Positions 40,201 through 48,353 of a DNA stretch of 64,000 nucleotides are shown here, in pieces. Location of the stretch: IMG/VR virus record IMGVR_UViG_3300008267_000027, positions 23,175 to 87,174 of that record. The stretch is one strand, 5' to 3'. The DNA comes from a virus. The notes under the pieces were generated by a model, which was given only the letters and a program-made list of their open reading frames with translations, searched no databases and had not been told where the DNA came from. Each line of letters starts with the position of its first letter. Position 1 is the stretch's first letter. The position numbers and the translations under genes were made by a program.

Positions 40201-40819
40201 TAAAGCATATCATGATGAAAATTTAGGTGAAACAGAAGGTATATTTAATTCATTCTATAAGCTTAACAAAGCAGTATATGATATGACCAAATTAGAAGGA
40301 GGCTTTTGGAAAGGTATTACTAAGAAAAAAACATTTACAGAAGCATGGGCGACTATGAGTGATTATCAAAAGGCTAATATGTCAAGATTGTTAGGATATA
40401 TGGCATTTTATATGTTATCATTATTAATGAAGCATTTGTGGAGCTTGCTTGCAGATGAACTTGCTGATGATGATACAGGTGAAGATCATCCAATAACTAC
40501 TAAACTTGTTAACTTCATGGTGTATTTAGATGATAGAACTATGAGTGAGATATCAGTTGCTATTAACCCAACAGAGGTTGGTCAGTTCATCAAAAACCCA
40601 GTAGCTATTGTAGGTTTTGTAGGGGATGTTTGGGATGCTCTTAGTGAAAGTGCTCACTTTATATTACCTCCTTATGGAGAAGAAGATGAGGTGTTCCAAA
40701 GAGGTGTTAATAAAGGAGAGTATAAATGGAGAAAAGAGTGGGGAGATGTACTACCTTTCTTCAGCACTATTAATAAATGGGACAGTTTTGAAGAACTTAA
40801 AGATTTCTATATTAAATAA
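34229..40819 (+). CDS. Large polyvalent ejected protein (ART-like, GNAT, degenerate zincin, PD-(D/E)xK nuclease)
   Basis: 2196 aa; FKEWFGDW..VVDENGEPKLVFH..GYDG..QIKS (ART-PolyVal-like); QGKGIGS (GNAT motif A); EEFLH; GKLDLL..IIDLKT. Confidence 0.7.
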   Translation: MSCQVIRNTDTNEIEKVLAPNGKESMLYKDINKYITSKEEALLAYAQIYTPSFKEWFGDWEGKEESKSDLLLNAYNNVDISNAEKDDYKIVINDNLYLDNSEGKDSYYGYWMPIMSDGEDIGRIRFEQKLNVIEKEGKPVKTFSPNIQIYDKSNQGKGIGSKVHLALYKYVKSIHPNVPFVSDVQNTVAEMALLKSFEREGIVKQINPIGEISEKYGNYSVENAPFIFNDEYFKKETKETSGISQVVDENGEPKLVFHWSPVQGIERFNLAGIGSHFGTFEAADQVNEAKSKTKFTLVDEEMGTEEEVEIKSEPGEFYPAFLNLRNMSEITDKGQHTEEKDGPEAKTLLDEGYDGFFYTNQYEDIGSTSYVATEESQIKSLYNKGAFSKESGNIYANVEPNGQLNDPVTAAAIKELQDKGFLSQTADGRSGAYYISKPGSTTTKTADLIDEITEIESLLESKNIEYKRIGDTIRIYGLPRYNYSYSFVSLDTEEDQINNIDDLKKELGISGKSLSVAEFKDVNRSVKAFNEQKDTNYLIVSDQNTDGTITIRNIVEDKTLNRSTLSVTQELMDRLQALFPEIKVQYINQNEISKYTNGRFTNNDPSLNSFVKNGVVYLIKDRFTGDIVVEEFLHPFVSSLIADNPQLADSLYSEISNKYSDIIDMVEDTYVDGLGFTEEDRRNEIITKGLQRAFSERLHKSFKSKDRTMKDLIETFMDWVRDLIRTITGRKKLYTGELSTKMSVDDIINMLDSNIQIKLGNLNPNVYANLSQEKIDILNYLVKNATAEQKQIVEALFDNGIVHDEVDHTYQKVILDENGDIEEVIDYTSMTTAIKGPFEDTAYELNRDIGTEFDFIMNSVVMGEDFNVIQPQLKVVNEETAAKFYDMISNVIVGLKSSGAIVVPQIVVGSDADAIAGKLDLLIVEPSGKMRIIDLKTSATNDVKNNPKKYNKKYEIDNEQSMLNGENLSNRDLHGLQQQGYKRMIELDARLTEYEVESVKTLHYRFEINDGKAVNIIYDDLVDHTDGHYDELLNKIIPSQPLERSTGLSSSLSAEAAKPENKETVREIRDLVKDASNMLQKRREFYQKINETSKGKFIVSKEYLTALDEIIATINEAVLTGKPSSAYYQLVKYINQDVKDKSRTIGQMTDRSESLQFMLEAEKDLMTYKDLLLPPKLYLNNKVIDKLAKDSLNTIQQTLDLIDNQVQQFTVDFVANNTSRNLTREEVEGIIKEAEDISMHQSLFGDLSTSSDTMLSVLDKVYKRKRQEVIDFVQKLEIEIKTAGNKLASLTTDKDKMYDFMIGTDDQGNPTGYTVDKIGKQYWSKKREIKNKLIDPETKLRYKYRDVRNPKTASKEDIEFNMNLKKLRDEEAEFNKKEYLNANGELVDGPYHKYTQEFKEARAKVMRLKIRKNSSGEATGFEWIPKNAESKEFKDFERKYYSQETTYLSPKYEYDKASKTYIFKGRTEEASGRFVKSEYVEVREIAENGEDMRDEKYVNIMNDNSELGIARREYYQTWKRLYGELLEKLPDGVKMKTRLPVISSGMIAKAKKMGGGSNYFKSILKGVGRSINPFSKSTFHHSVILDEDGNVVSNIPVFYTSDLKSEYVIDKVKEKIRNLNERWAKKLPDDDGSILTYDEYRQKLDKLTKSLKIEQGKTSASEISTEMTNNLVQFAEMAENFQVMSAFESTVISVLRTLKNRKVTKRDPEGNFITNSLDKATAKFRGDDSLTEQRLRKWMDMVLYNSKNPYRSRMGNFVAKVKLLMSIKGVGLNPFGQLNNLKMGNINNMAEAAGGTIYNKNDYKKAVKAFTVDYLPAFLSAKKDYILSRGKDKNGDYYSMPKSLTKYDALANKYRMMRAMQSKDGIEGYEGKTMDILFMMQHGAEFSVQTKSGIAILNNKTFTNKVTGEKISIYDAHSFDQKTGELYLDPSLYEETDQDRYDMTNLIYETNKRLHGNYAWEDRMVIQQNLIGELVAQFHKWVYPYWRRFWGKAYHDENLGETEGIFNSFYKLNKAVYDMTKLEGGFWKGITKKKTFTEAWATMSDYQKANMSRLLGYMAFYMLSLLMKHLWSLLADELADDDTGEDHPITTKLVNFMVYLDDRTMSEISVAINPTEVGQFIKNPVAIVGFVGDVWDALSESAHFILPPYGEEDEVFQRGVNKGEYKWRKEWGDVLPFFSTINKWDSFEELKDFYIK

Positions 40820-40848
40820 AGAAAGGGAGCTTAATTGCTCCCTTTCTT
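40819..40848. terminator. Bidirectional intrinsic terminator between the convergent blocks
   Basis: AAGAAAGGGAGC-TTAATT-GCTCCCTTTCTT perfect 12-bp stem at the convergence point. Confidence 0.85.
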
Positions 40849-41280
40849 GACTTCAAATGGATGTTTCATTAAGAAACAATCTTGTTCCCATCCCATGTGT
40901 TTTTTAAACCCATTGAGAAAGTCCTGAATATTCTTAGCACCTACAGGATTATGTGAGTGTACACAACATTGTTTTAAAGGTGTATTCATTTTTTGAGAAT
41001 ACTCTACTACAAAGTTAGCACAGTCCATCCCAGTCTTTTCTTTATAAGTTTCATATTCTGGAATCTGAAACCCTTGTTTAGCAAACTGACTATAATAGTC
41101 ATTCATGTGTTCTTCTGCTAAATCATGGTCAAAACTGATAAGATCAGGAATACCGTTTTCTATAATCCATTTAGTAAACTCATCATAGTTTCTCACTACA
41201 TTCCAGGGATGATAACCAGGAAGAGTTTCTGTAGGAGTACGTACATCATCTAGGTAAAGAGCTGTCTTCATGTATTTCAT
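40831..41280 (-). CDS. Cyclic-phosphate-processing receiver-like domain protein
   Basis: LYLDDVR, ISFDHDL, TGMDC, VHSHNPVG motifs characteristic of this standalone receiver family. Confidence 0.75.
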   Translation of the reverse strand: MKYMKTALYLDDVRTPTETLPGYHPWNVVRNYDEFTKWIIENGIPDLISFDHDLAEEHMNDYYSQFAKQGFQIPEYETYKEKTGMDCANFVVEYSQKMNTPLKQCCVHSHNPVGAKNIQDFLNGFKKHMGWEQDCFLMKHPFEVKKGSN

Positions 41281-41455
41281 TTTGTTTTATAAAATCTGTG
41301 TCAAAGCATTGTATAAAGCTATCTTTCATAACTTTATCTTTTTCATATCTCTTTGTAGGGTAACAATACCATACATCAGTGAATAACCCATGTGATTTAA
41401 ATGCAAACCACTCATAGTCCACTCCAACTATTGCTTTAAATTTACTTCCTATCAT
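41246..41455 (-). CDS. Hypothetical protein
   Basis: Short ORF packed in the operon; start chosen at MIGSK. Confidence 0.45.
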   Translation of the reverse strand: MIGSKFKAIVGVDYEWFAFKSHGLFTDVWYCYPTKRYEKDKVMKDSFIQCFDTDFIKQNEIHEDSSLPR

Positions 41456-41678
41456 TTTCTTTTTTACCTGCAATTCTTATTGCAACTTCTTTTTTTAATA
41501 TTGGTGAATATCTTCTATTTTTATTGATAGCTGCATCTCTAACAGATCTATTAGTTAGACCTAACTTCTTAGCAGCATTGCAATAAGAGTTATATATACC
41601 TATTAGTTCTTTTTTTTCTGGATCATAGACTTTAACACATTCATCATTAGATCCAAATGCTTCTATTCTTCCCATCAT
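41442..41678 (-). CDS. Small NUMOD1-like HTH DNA-binding protein
   Basis: VKVYD..LIGIYNS..AAKKLGL..VRDAA pattern. Confidence 0.55.
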   Translation of the reverse strand: MMGRIEAFGSNDECVKVYDPEKKELIGIYNSYCNAAKKLGLTNRSVRDAAINKNRRYSPILKKEVAIRIAGKKENDRK

Positions 41679-42364
41679 AATTTTAAAATATTTCCAAGTG
41701 AAGTTAATCCTTTATCAAATCTACCATCATCTACACAAGATCCATTAGAGAAGATTGTTTTAGTTTTAGAGTAGTGACTTACTCCTTGATTGTCACAATT
41801 AGGAGAATCATGTATATGTCCAAAGAGCATAAGCTTAAGAGTGTCTCTCATCTTAAAACACTTCTTCATAAGAGCACCATCACCACAAAACTCTAAGTTA
41901 CCATGTCTATCATGAGAAAGATCTCTAACACCCTTAGGTGGACCATGAACTATGAGTACATCAGTGTCTTCAGGAATGTGTTCCCATGTCCTACCAATAC
42001 TTTCTCTACTCTTCATAAATGCCCAGTCACCAAAGGTGGGAGTGTGAGGACTTCCCCAAAACTTTATACCATCTATAACTATCTCTTCATTCTCAAGATA
42101 GATAAGACCGTGATCTTTAAAGTCTTGTCTTTTAACTCTGTTTCTTTCTATACTGGTATCATGATTACCTGCTACATAGATTTTATTCTTTACAGGTACA
42201 TCTTTATACCAAGTTAGGAATGCCCTAACTTCTTGTTCATTCCTAACTACATCTCTGTAGTTAGAACAATCACCACTATGAACCACAACATCTATGTCTT
42301 TAAATCTATCCATAGGAAACATATCATGAAACCCATGCGTATCTGAAATGTGTAGTATTTTCAT
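41675..42364 (-). CDS. Calcineurin-like metallophosphoesterase
   Basis: SDTH, SGD, GNHD, HGPP, GHIH motifs. Confidence 0.9.
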   Translation of the reverse strand: MKILHISDTHGFHDMFPMDRFKDIDVVVHSGDCSNYRDVVRNEQEVRAFLTWYKDVPVKNKIYVAGNHDTSIERNRVKRQDFKDHGLIYLENEEIVIDGIKFWGSPHTPTFGDWAFMKSRESIGRTWEHIPEDTDVLIVHGPPKGVRDLSHDRHGNLEFCGDGALMKKCFKMRDTLKLMLFGHIHDSPNCDNQGVSHYSKTKTIFSNGSCVDDGRFDKGLTSLGNILKL

Positions 42365-42367
42365 ATA

Positions 42368-42697
42368 TTATCTATTATCTCCTGATCCTTGAATTACATT
42401 GCGGGCTCTTCTGTCTAAGAGCTTTTCTATATTTCTTTGTGCAATAGTTTCTAGAGGAACTTCTATATCTCTAGAGAGAGCTGCTATATACCATAGTACA
42501 TCACCAATCTCATCAGCTATTGCTATCTTGGTTTCGGTGCTGCTAAAGTCCCCAGCTTTGTCTCTGATAACTTTTTTAATCTTACCTAGCACTTCACCTG
42601 CTTCATTAGCTAGTCCTAATGCAGGGTAGATTATTTCACTCCCTGCTCCATAAATTGCTGTCTCTACAGCTTTGTCTTGATAGTCTTTAAATGTCAT
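42368..42697 (-). CDS. mazG: MazG-like nucleoside triphosphate pyrophosphohydrolase
   Basis: GLANEAGEV..DEIGDVLWY..NIEKL..R..GSGDNR. Confidence 0.9.
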   Translation of the reverse strand: MTFKDYQDKAVETAIYGAGSEIIYPALGLANEAGEVLGKIKKVIRDKAGDFSSTETKIAIADEIGDVLWYIAALSRDIEVPLETIAQRNIEKLLDRRARNVIQGSGDNR

Positions 42698-42699
42698 AA

Positions 42700-43551
42700 T
42701 TAAAATATATATCTAATGTTAGAAAGATCAAAGTATTCAGAATAAAGAGCTTTAAAGTCTTTTACCATCTGAGCTTTTAGTTTATGTTCATATCTAATGT
42801 TATCAGGGGCATACTGAGAATCTTTAGCTTCTTGTATATCTGGTCTCCATAACATCTGGTCTATTACAGGCTCGTTTCTCTCATGCTGAATAACATTGTA
42901 AGTTAAGAAAATACATTCACATTTTACATCTATTCCCTTACTTTTTAACTCCTCAAATAGTTTACGGTATTCATCTAACCAACCATCTGTATAAATAATA
43001 GGGCTAAAGTTAATATGAACTTCCATGCTTTGCTGAAGTCTTGGTATATGAGCTATCCTATCTGTTATACTATCTGTACCTGGTTCTAAGATGTCTGAAT
43101 ACTTCTGAGGCATTAAGCTTACTCTTATCCTATGCTTATCTTTAAATAAAAGAAAATCTTTAGGATAAAACATACTAGGATACTTGGTAGCAAATGTACT
43201 TTTTACATATGGAGTGTAATTGAAATAATTAAATACTTTTTCCCAGTTATAGTGCTTACTCATAAGAGCTACATCTGTACTGCATCCTATGTCTATAACA
43301 TACTTCTTATCATCACACTGATTAGGTACTTTAGGAAACTTTTGTTTCTCTAACCACCCTGTTATAGAATCTAATATCTGTTCTGTATTCTCATTTATAT
43401 AAACTTTGTCGTGGTTGTATCTACCTACATAACAGTAGGACTTCATACAACCCCCTAAACAACCGTAGATAAAATTGGGAGAAACTGCATCTGAGCTTCT
43501 CCCATTATCTCTAGTAGTTAGAGTTTTGGTTTTTTGTTTTATTATCTTCAT
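42700..43551 (-). CDS. Spore photoproduct lyase-like radical SAM protein
   Basis: CLGGCMKSYC cluster, DIGCSTD, FATKY, RIRVSLMP, HINFSPII resemble SplB-family motifs. Confidence 0.75.
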   Translation of the reverse strand: MKIIKQKTKTLTTRDNGRSSDAVSPNFIYGCLGGCMKSYCYVGRYNHDKVYINENTEQILDSITGWLEKQKFPKVPNQCDDKKYVIDIGCSTDVALMSKHYNWEKVFNYFNYTPYVKSTFATKYPSMFYPKDFLLFKDKHRIRVSLMPQKYSDILEPGTDSITDRIAHIPRLQQSMEVHINFSPIIYTDGWLDEYRKLFEELKSKGIDVKCECIFLTYNVIQHERNEPVIDQMLWRPDIQEAKDSQYAPDNIRYEHKLKAQMVKDFKALYSEYFDLSNIRYIF

Positions 43552-44201
43552 AATATTCCAGCATGCTCTAAAATTGTTTGTACAGTAAATTTAAGAGATA
43601 CTAGGTCTGATACATTAGCTATCTTATAGTCAAACTTCCAGTTATCAAGTCCTGTTTCTGAAGGATGTGCGTTAATAGGTTTTACACCTGGTCTATCTAT
43701 ACGAATAATAATACCATCCTTTTCTTTAATAGCTTTAGCTTCATTCTCAAATCTAGTATCTGTAATAATCCAATTAGGGTAATACCCTTCTTCATCTTCT
43801 ATATAATCAGCCATTAGTGCATTCACCCATGTATTCTCATGTAATCCATTTCTCATACACTCTGTACCAAGCTTTTGTAAAAGATCTCTCACAGTCATGG
43901 GTTGCATCCCTTCGTCACAAGGAGTCCACCATTCTGCACCTAAAACAGTTTTTTTAAAGTCTTGATTTTCAAACTCTTCTCTATCTATACCAGTAAGATG
44001 ACTAGCTATATCTTTGAGTTTACCTGCAAACTTCATTATCTCCCATCCAGATTGGTCTTGTAACCACCACTGGTGTACAGAATAATCATTGCATGCTTGC
44101 TCTATTGTAGTCTCTCCTAGCTCTGTGCAATAAAGATATTGTATAATAGTACCTACAGTGTCCTTTCCAGAACCACTATAACCTGATACTCCGATTATCA
44201 T
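43548..44201 (-). CDS. Deoxynucleoside monophosphate kinase
   Basis: GYSGSGKDT P-loop, FAGKLKD, RDLLQKLGTE, ITDTRFENE, HPSE motifs of T4 gp1-type kinases. Confidence 0.85.
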   Translation of the reverse strand: MIIGVSGYSGSGKDTVGTIIQYLYCTELGETTIEQACNDYSVHQWWLQDQSGWEIMKFAGKLKDIASHLTGIDREEFENQDFKKTVLGAEWWTPCDEGMQPMTVRDLLQKLGTECMRNGLHENTWVNALMADYIEDEEGYYPNWIITDTRFENEAKAIKEKDGIIIRIDRPGVKPINAHPSETGLDNWKFDYKIANVSDLVSLKFTVQTILEHAGIL

Positions 44202-44272
44202 TTTTATAAGAATTTTGGGTTAGAGATAAAATGCAGAGGTAAATATGTTTAAACCATCCTAATACAGTGTTC

Positions 44273-44497
44273 TTACGGATATAAGTTTCTGAGTTTTGTG
44301 TATTTTTCTTGTAGTTCAACATATTGTTTTTTCAAAGATACATATTTATCTGTAATAGTGATCAACTCTTTTTTATAATTTTCTACTTTTTTTTCCATAT
44401 CATTATAATTTTTAATAAGTAGATTATACTTTTCAATATGGGTAAACTCTCTTTTTATTTTTAATAGCACTGTGTGAGCAAATTCTTTATTTTTCAT
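44273..44497 (-). CDS. Hypothetical coiled-coil protein
   Basis: 74 aa ORF in operon orientation. Confidence 0.5.
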   Translation of the reverse strand: MKNKEFAHTVLLKIKREFTHIEKYNLLIKNYNDMEKKVENYKKELITITDKYVSLKKQYVELQEKYTKLRNLYP

Positions 44498-44518
44498 ATT
44501 GACATTTTTAATAAAAAC

Positions 44519-44544
44519 AAAGGGGAGACTTAATGCTCCCCTTT
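44519..44544 (-). terminator. Intrinsic terminator
   Basis: AAAGGGGAG-ACTTAATG-CTCCCCTTT stem; T-rich tail on the minus strand; downstream of the 44556 gene. Confidence 0.75.
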
Positions 44545-44555
44545 ATTCTGTTGGT

Positions 44556-45431
44556 TTAAAATAAGTCCAAAAGATCTGACAGTTCAGAACTGCGTTCTTT
44601 AGGAATTTCTACTTGTGTTTCTGCATCTACTTCAATCATTTCAAAAGCTTTTTCTGGACCTTCTATAAAAGGAGACTCAGCAAAAGGAATTTCTTGTGGT
44701 AAGAACTCTTCTGTACCTGTAGGTATCATACCAAAGTTTTCAGAAAAGAACTTATGAAGGTCTACATGTCTTTTCATCCAGTTCTTAGGATTGTCTTCTT
44801 TAAAGGCATGTGTAGCATAATTATATAGAGACCATGCGTTATGTTTAGGAACACCATAATCATAAGTGGGATCTTGCATCTCTCTCTTCATAATATTTAT
44901 CTGAGTGGAAGTGATTATCTCATCATGAATAAACATTCTACCCATAAGAGCAGCCATATCAGATGGATGCAAATCTATCTTTTTAAGATGTTCTCTGTCT
45001 TCTATAAGTTTTTCAAATATACCTTTAGCTCCATAAAGATATGTTCTCATGATTTCCATAGACTCAACATCTGCTGTGCCTGTGTGTTTTCTTCTATATG
45101 CACCTAGATCACCACCTACACATCCATTAGAACAAATAAAAACATGAGCACCTACAGCATACTTAAATGATACTGCTTTATTATAACTGTTTTGCCAAGC
45201 TACCATGAGTCCCATCTCTGGATCATTACCAAAGTTTAAATGATACTCTGCTTGACCAACTAGTCCGTCTGTAGAACTTCTATAATGAATTTTAGATACA
45301 GAGAATCCCATTTGATTAAGGATGGTTCTTGTATTTGTATCTACTGTTGCATGTGCTATTGGAGTATAGCTTTCTGTTCTTTCTGGAAGAGATGCTTTTT
45401 GCATTCTCTCCCAGGCTGTTAATGTTTCCAT
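44556..45431 (-). CDS. DUF932-like protein
   Basis: YTPIAH, QNSYNK, VFICSNG and WSLYNYATH motifs. Confidence 0.7.
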   Translation of the reverse strand: METLTAWERMQKASLPERTESYTPIAHATVDTNTRTILNQMGFSVSKIHYRSSTDGLVGQAEYHLNFGNDPEMGLMVAWQNSYNKAVSFKYAVGAHVFICSNGCVGGDLGAYRRKHTGTADVESMEIMRTYLYGAKGIFEKLIEDREHLKKIDLHPSDMAALMGRMFIHDEIITSTQINIMKREMQDPTYDYGVPKHNAWSLYNYATHAFKEDNPKNWMKRHVDLHKFFSENFGMIPTGTEEFLPQEIPFAESPFIEGPEKAFEMIEVDAETQVEIPKERSSELSDLLDLF

Positions 45432-45432
45432 A

Positions 45433-47364
45433 TTAAAATAATTCTAGTTGTTCAAATTTTCGTTTTACAATCTTATCTATGTTATGTATTTCCTTGTAAA
45501 TACTTTCAATATAATAGTCTTCATTGATATTATATTCCTCAAAGGTCTTATCTTCTTTTCTATTAAATATTGTTTGTAACCATCTACCAGACTCTATTTG
45601 TATTTCTCTACCATCTGTTTTATTTCTTTTTATAAGCTTTATACCATCTTTGGAAATAAAATATCTAGATGTTTTTTGCTGCTGCTTTTCTATAATATGT
45701 CCTTCTTCTACACTGACAGCATACAGTTGCCAGTCACCTTTCATTTTTACAGCACCACAATAATCATAAATGTCTCTGTTTTGTTTTAAGAAGTCTTCTG
45801 GTTTAGTACCATTAATAAAATAAGCATAGATAGCTTTAGGAATAATAAGGAAAGACTTGTTCTTATGAAGAATAGCAACCTTCTTCTTTTGAAGGTCTTC
45901 CCACTCAAATCTACCTTTACATTTAGGTTTTTTCTCAGGATCTTTAGGAATAGCAATATAATTATTTACGTCTGCTATAATCATTTTTTTATACTCATCA
46001 TGTTCTAGAGCAAGCTTGGTAAGCTTTTCCCATTCTTCACAAACCTGCATATAATCTTTCTTGTAGCAGTTTGGAATCATCATCTCTAGACCATCTGTAT
46101 TTAGCATAAGAGGTATAGCTCCAGGAATACGCTGAAGAAGCATCTCATAAAGTTTAGTTAGAAGCAATTGACCATTGATGGTAATACTCATAGTAAACTT
46201 TGGATCATACAGAAAACTATTCTCATCATTACTTAAACCATAAGTGGAGTTTAGAATAATCTTGTAAACATAGTTTTTAGGATCTGCTTTAGGTATTTTC
46301 TTTCTTTCATCAAAAAACCATTCATACTGAGTACAAAAAGCTTCTTGAGGAAAGTGTCCTGGAGATAGCTGGTTTCTGATAGCTAGATTAGGATAGAAAC
46401 TAGTAACGTCTGATGTCATTATTGTATAACCATCTAACGCTTCATATACACCACCTTCTTTAGCACCATGAATACCACCTAAACCATAATAAATATCTAT
46501 GCCTTTGTAATGAACCATATGATTAATAGAACCTTTAGTTTCTTTAATCACCTTACCCTTAAAGAACTCCAGAAGTTTTTGAAACTCTGGAGTCTCAAAG
46601 GATATATATGGAAAAATACATTCTCCCAAATAGACTACATCTCTTTCAGTTTTCATCTTCTTAACTTCATGCTTGGGGATACCAAGGTTTTTACTTAAGA
46701 AGTGTGCAAAAAGTTCTTTAGCTATTCTGGTCTCTGATGCAGAAAATAAATTGATACCATATTCTTCACTAAGAGATTTTCTAAGCTCTATTTGTTCTTT
46801 ACTTGCTTCAAAAACTTTCTTAGTAGACTGAACGTCATTAATACAATATCTAATTATAGTTTCTAATTTTTCTATTGTATCAACAGACTCAGTGTGGTGG
46901 TGAGGCATGTCTTCAACATTCTCCCAGTCCATAGAATACTGTATCCATTTAAGACTAGATCTCTTAGCTGCATTATCCCAATGATTCATTTTAAATAGAT
47001 CAATCTGATTGATGAACATTTTCCATTCAGGATAGTCAGCTCTTCTTTCTTCTTGACCATTTATAACATACTGAGCATATTTATAAATGATTTTAGCAAT
47101 TTCATCATTAGTATAGTATTCCCAATCCTTGTAGTTTTCAAGGATATAATGAGTGATTTGAGCATCAAAAGCTAAACCATTATAAGAGATATGCCATTCA
47201 TCTTTCTCTAGATTCTGCTGAATAAATTCTATGAATTCTTCAAACTGACTCTTAGGTGAGAAACGATGAATGACAAATACTCTTCTAGTTTGTTCTTTGT
47301 AATGTTCAAATACTGCAATAAAGCAGTCAGATAAGGTCTCATAGTCCATTACCCAGTGATTCAT
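45433..47364 (-). CDS. polB: Family B DNA polymerase with 3'-5' exonuclease
   Basis: Exo motifs DYE, YNGLAFD, YCINDV; polymerase motifs SDVTSFYPN, KIILNSTYG, NTDG. Confidence 0.92.
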   Translation of the reverse strand: MNHWVMDYETLSDCFIAVFEHYKEQTRRVFVIHRFSPKSQFEEFIEFIQQNLEKDEWHISYNGLAFDAQITHYILENYKDWEYYTNDEIAKIIYKYAQYVINGQEERRADYPEWKMFINQIDLFKMNHWDNAAKRSSLKWIQYSMDWENVEDMPHHHTESVDTIEKLETIIRYCINDVQSTKKVFEASKEQIELRKSLSEEYGINLFSASETRIAKELFAHFLSKNLGIPKHEVKKMKTERDVVYLGECIFPYISFETPEFQKLLEFFKGKVIKETKGSINHMVHYKGIDIYYGLGGIHGAKEGGVYEALDGYTIMTSDVTSFYPNLAIRNQLSPGHFPQEAFCTQYEWFFDERKKIPKADPKNYVYKIILNSTYGLSNDENSFLYDPKFTMSITINGQLLLTKLYEMLLQRIPGAIPLMLNTDGLEMMIPNCYKKDYMQVCEEWEKLTKLALEHDEYKKMIIADVNNYIAIPKDPEKKPKCKGRFEWEDLQKKKVAILHKNKSFLIIPKAIYAYFINGTKPEDFLKQNRDIYDYCGAVKMKGDWQLYAVSVEEGHIIEKQQQKTSRYFISKDGIKLIKRNKTDGREIQIESGRWLQTIFNRKEDKTFEEYNINEDYYIESIYKEIHNIDKIVKRKFEQLELF

Positions 47365-47753
47365 TACTCAGTTATGATTTTAGGAGTTTCTAATGTAGTA
47401 ATATATTGATCGTAGTTGAAAGTTTCTTCATTAAGAGCGTTTGCTTTAATAAATGCTCTGATTTCATCTTTCTCATGTATAAAATATTCCCAAGGAGTAG
47501 CAAGTTGTACTCTTTGCATTTTAGCTTGAGATCCATCAGATCCTTTACCAGTTTGTCCTGACGGATTACCATTCTCATCCAGTCTTTCTAACATAGTGAA
47601 GGTGTCTCTTGTAGACTTACCAAGGATAGCTAGAGCTTCTAACTTAGGCATATAGATTGCTTCGTTAAAAGGACAGTCTGCATGCAAAGGAATAAGACTA
47701 AATGTTTTGTCACCATTTGTAGCTGTGGTGTACAGCATCATTGTTTTTTCCAT
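47364..47753 (-). CDS. Hypothetical protein
   Basis: 129 aa ORF whose stop overlaps the polB start. Confidence 0.6.
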   Translation of the reverse strand: MEKTMMLYTTATNGDKTFSLIPLHADCPFNEAIYMPKLEALAILGKSTRDTFTMLERLDENGNPSGQTGKGSDGSQAKMQRVQLATPWEYFIHEKDEIRAFIKANALNEETFNYDQYITTLETPKIITE

Positions 47754-47772
47754 AAGTTTTTTTTAATTTTTA

Positions 47773-47780
47773 CAAATATA
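47773..47780 (-). promoter_or_regulatory. Bacteroidota-type -7 promoter element TATATTTG
   Basis: Matches TAnnTTTG in the short gap upstream of the 47753 gene and polB; no clear -33 TTTG seen. Confidence 0.4.
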
Positions 47781-47783
47781 GTA

Positions 47784-48341
47784 TTAATTAATGAAAGTTT
47801 CTTTACTAATATCAGGCTTGCTTAAAAGTTCTGAACCATCGATACTTTCTAAAGGAATATCTAAAGCTTCAGCATATATCTCATAATACTCTTCTGGATA
47901 TAAATATGAGTCTATAAATTTACTATACTCACTATCAGAATAATAATCAGTGATAGTTTTTTTAGCAACTTTTGTTAGTTTAGAATACTCACCATTAAGA
48001 AATACTTTCCATTCCCATTCAATATTTATTCTTTTAATATTAAAGACATACATTATTTTATCATCATCTAGAACATGTAAATCTTCAAAATATCTGTTTA
48101 AAAGTAAATATTTTTTTTCTTCTTTTCTCTGATCAGAGTTAGTCATCTTATTAAAAATACATATTAATTTTTTATCAGTAGATTGTATTACTTCTCTACC
48201 GTTATGTATCCAACCAATATAGGTTTGTTCAGGATGAAGGATAGAATCTTTAGGAATGTATAGAAAAGGATAAATAAACAGTTTAGATCTCTGAATATAC
48301 TGTTTATTTATAATTCTTTCCGTAATTATAGATTTTATCAT
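47784..48341 (-). CDS. Hypothetical protein
   Basis: 185 aa ORF in the replication operon. Confidence 0.6.
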   Translation of the reverse strand: MIKSIITERIINKQYIQRSKLFIYPFLYIPKDSILHPEQTYIGWIHNGREVIQSTDKKLICIFNKMTNSDQRKEEKKYLLLNRYFEDLHVLDDDKIMYVFNIKRINIEWEWKVFLNGEYSKLTKVAKKTITDYYSDSEYSKFIDSYLYPEEYYEIYAEALDIPLESIDGSELLSKPDISKETFIN

Positions 48342-48353
48342 ATATAATTATTT

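Noticed and set aside
18698-47364. Inteins or introns in the RNAP or DNA polymerase
   Set aside because: ORFs are uninterrupted, PolB is of normal compact size, and no intein splice or homing motifs were noticed
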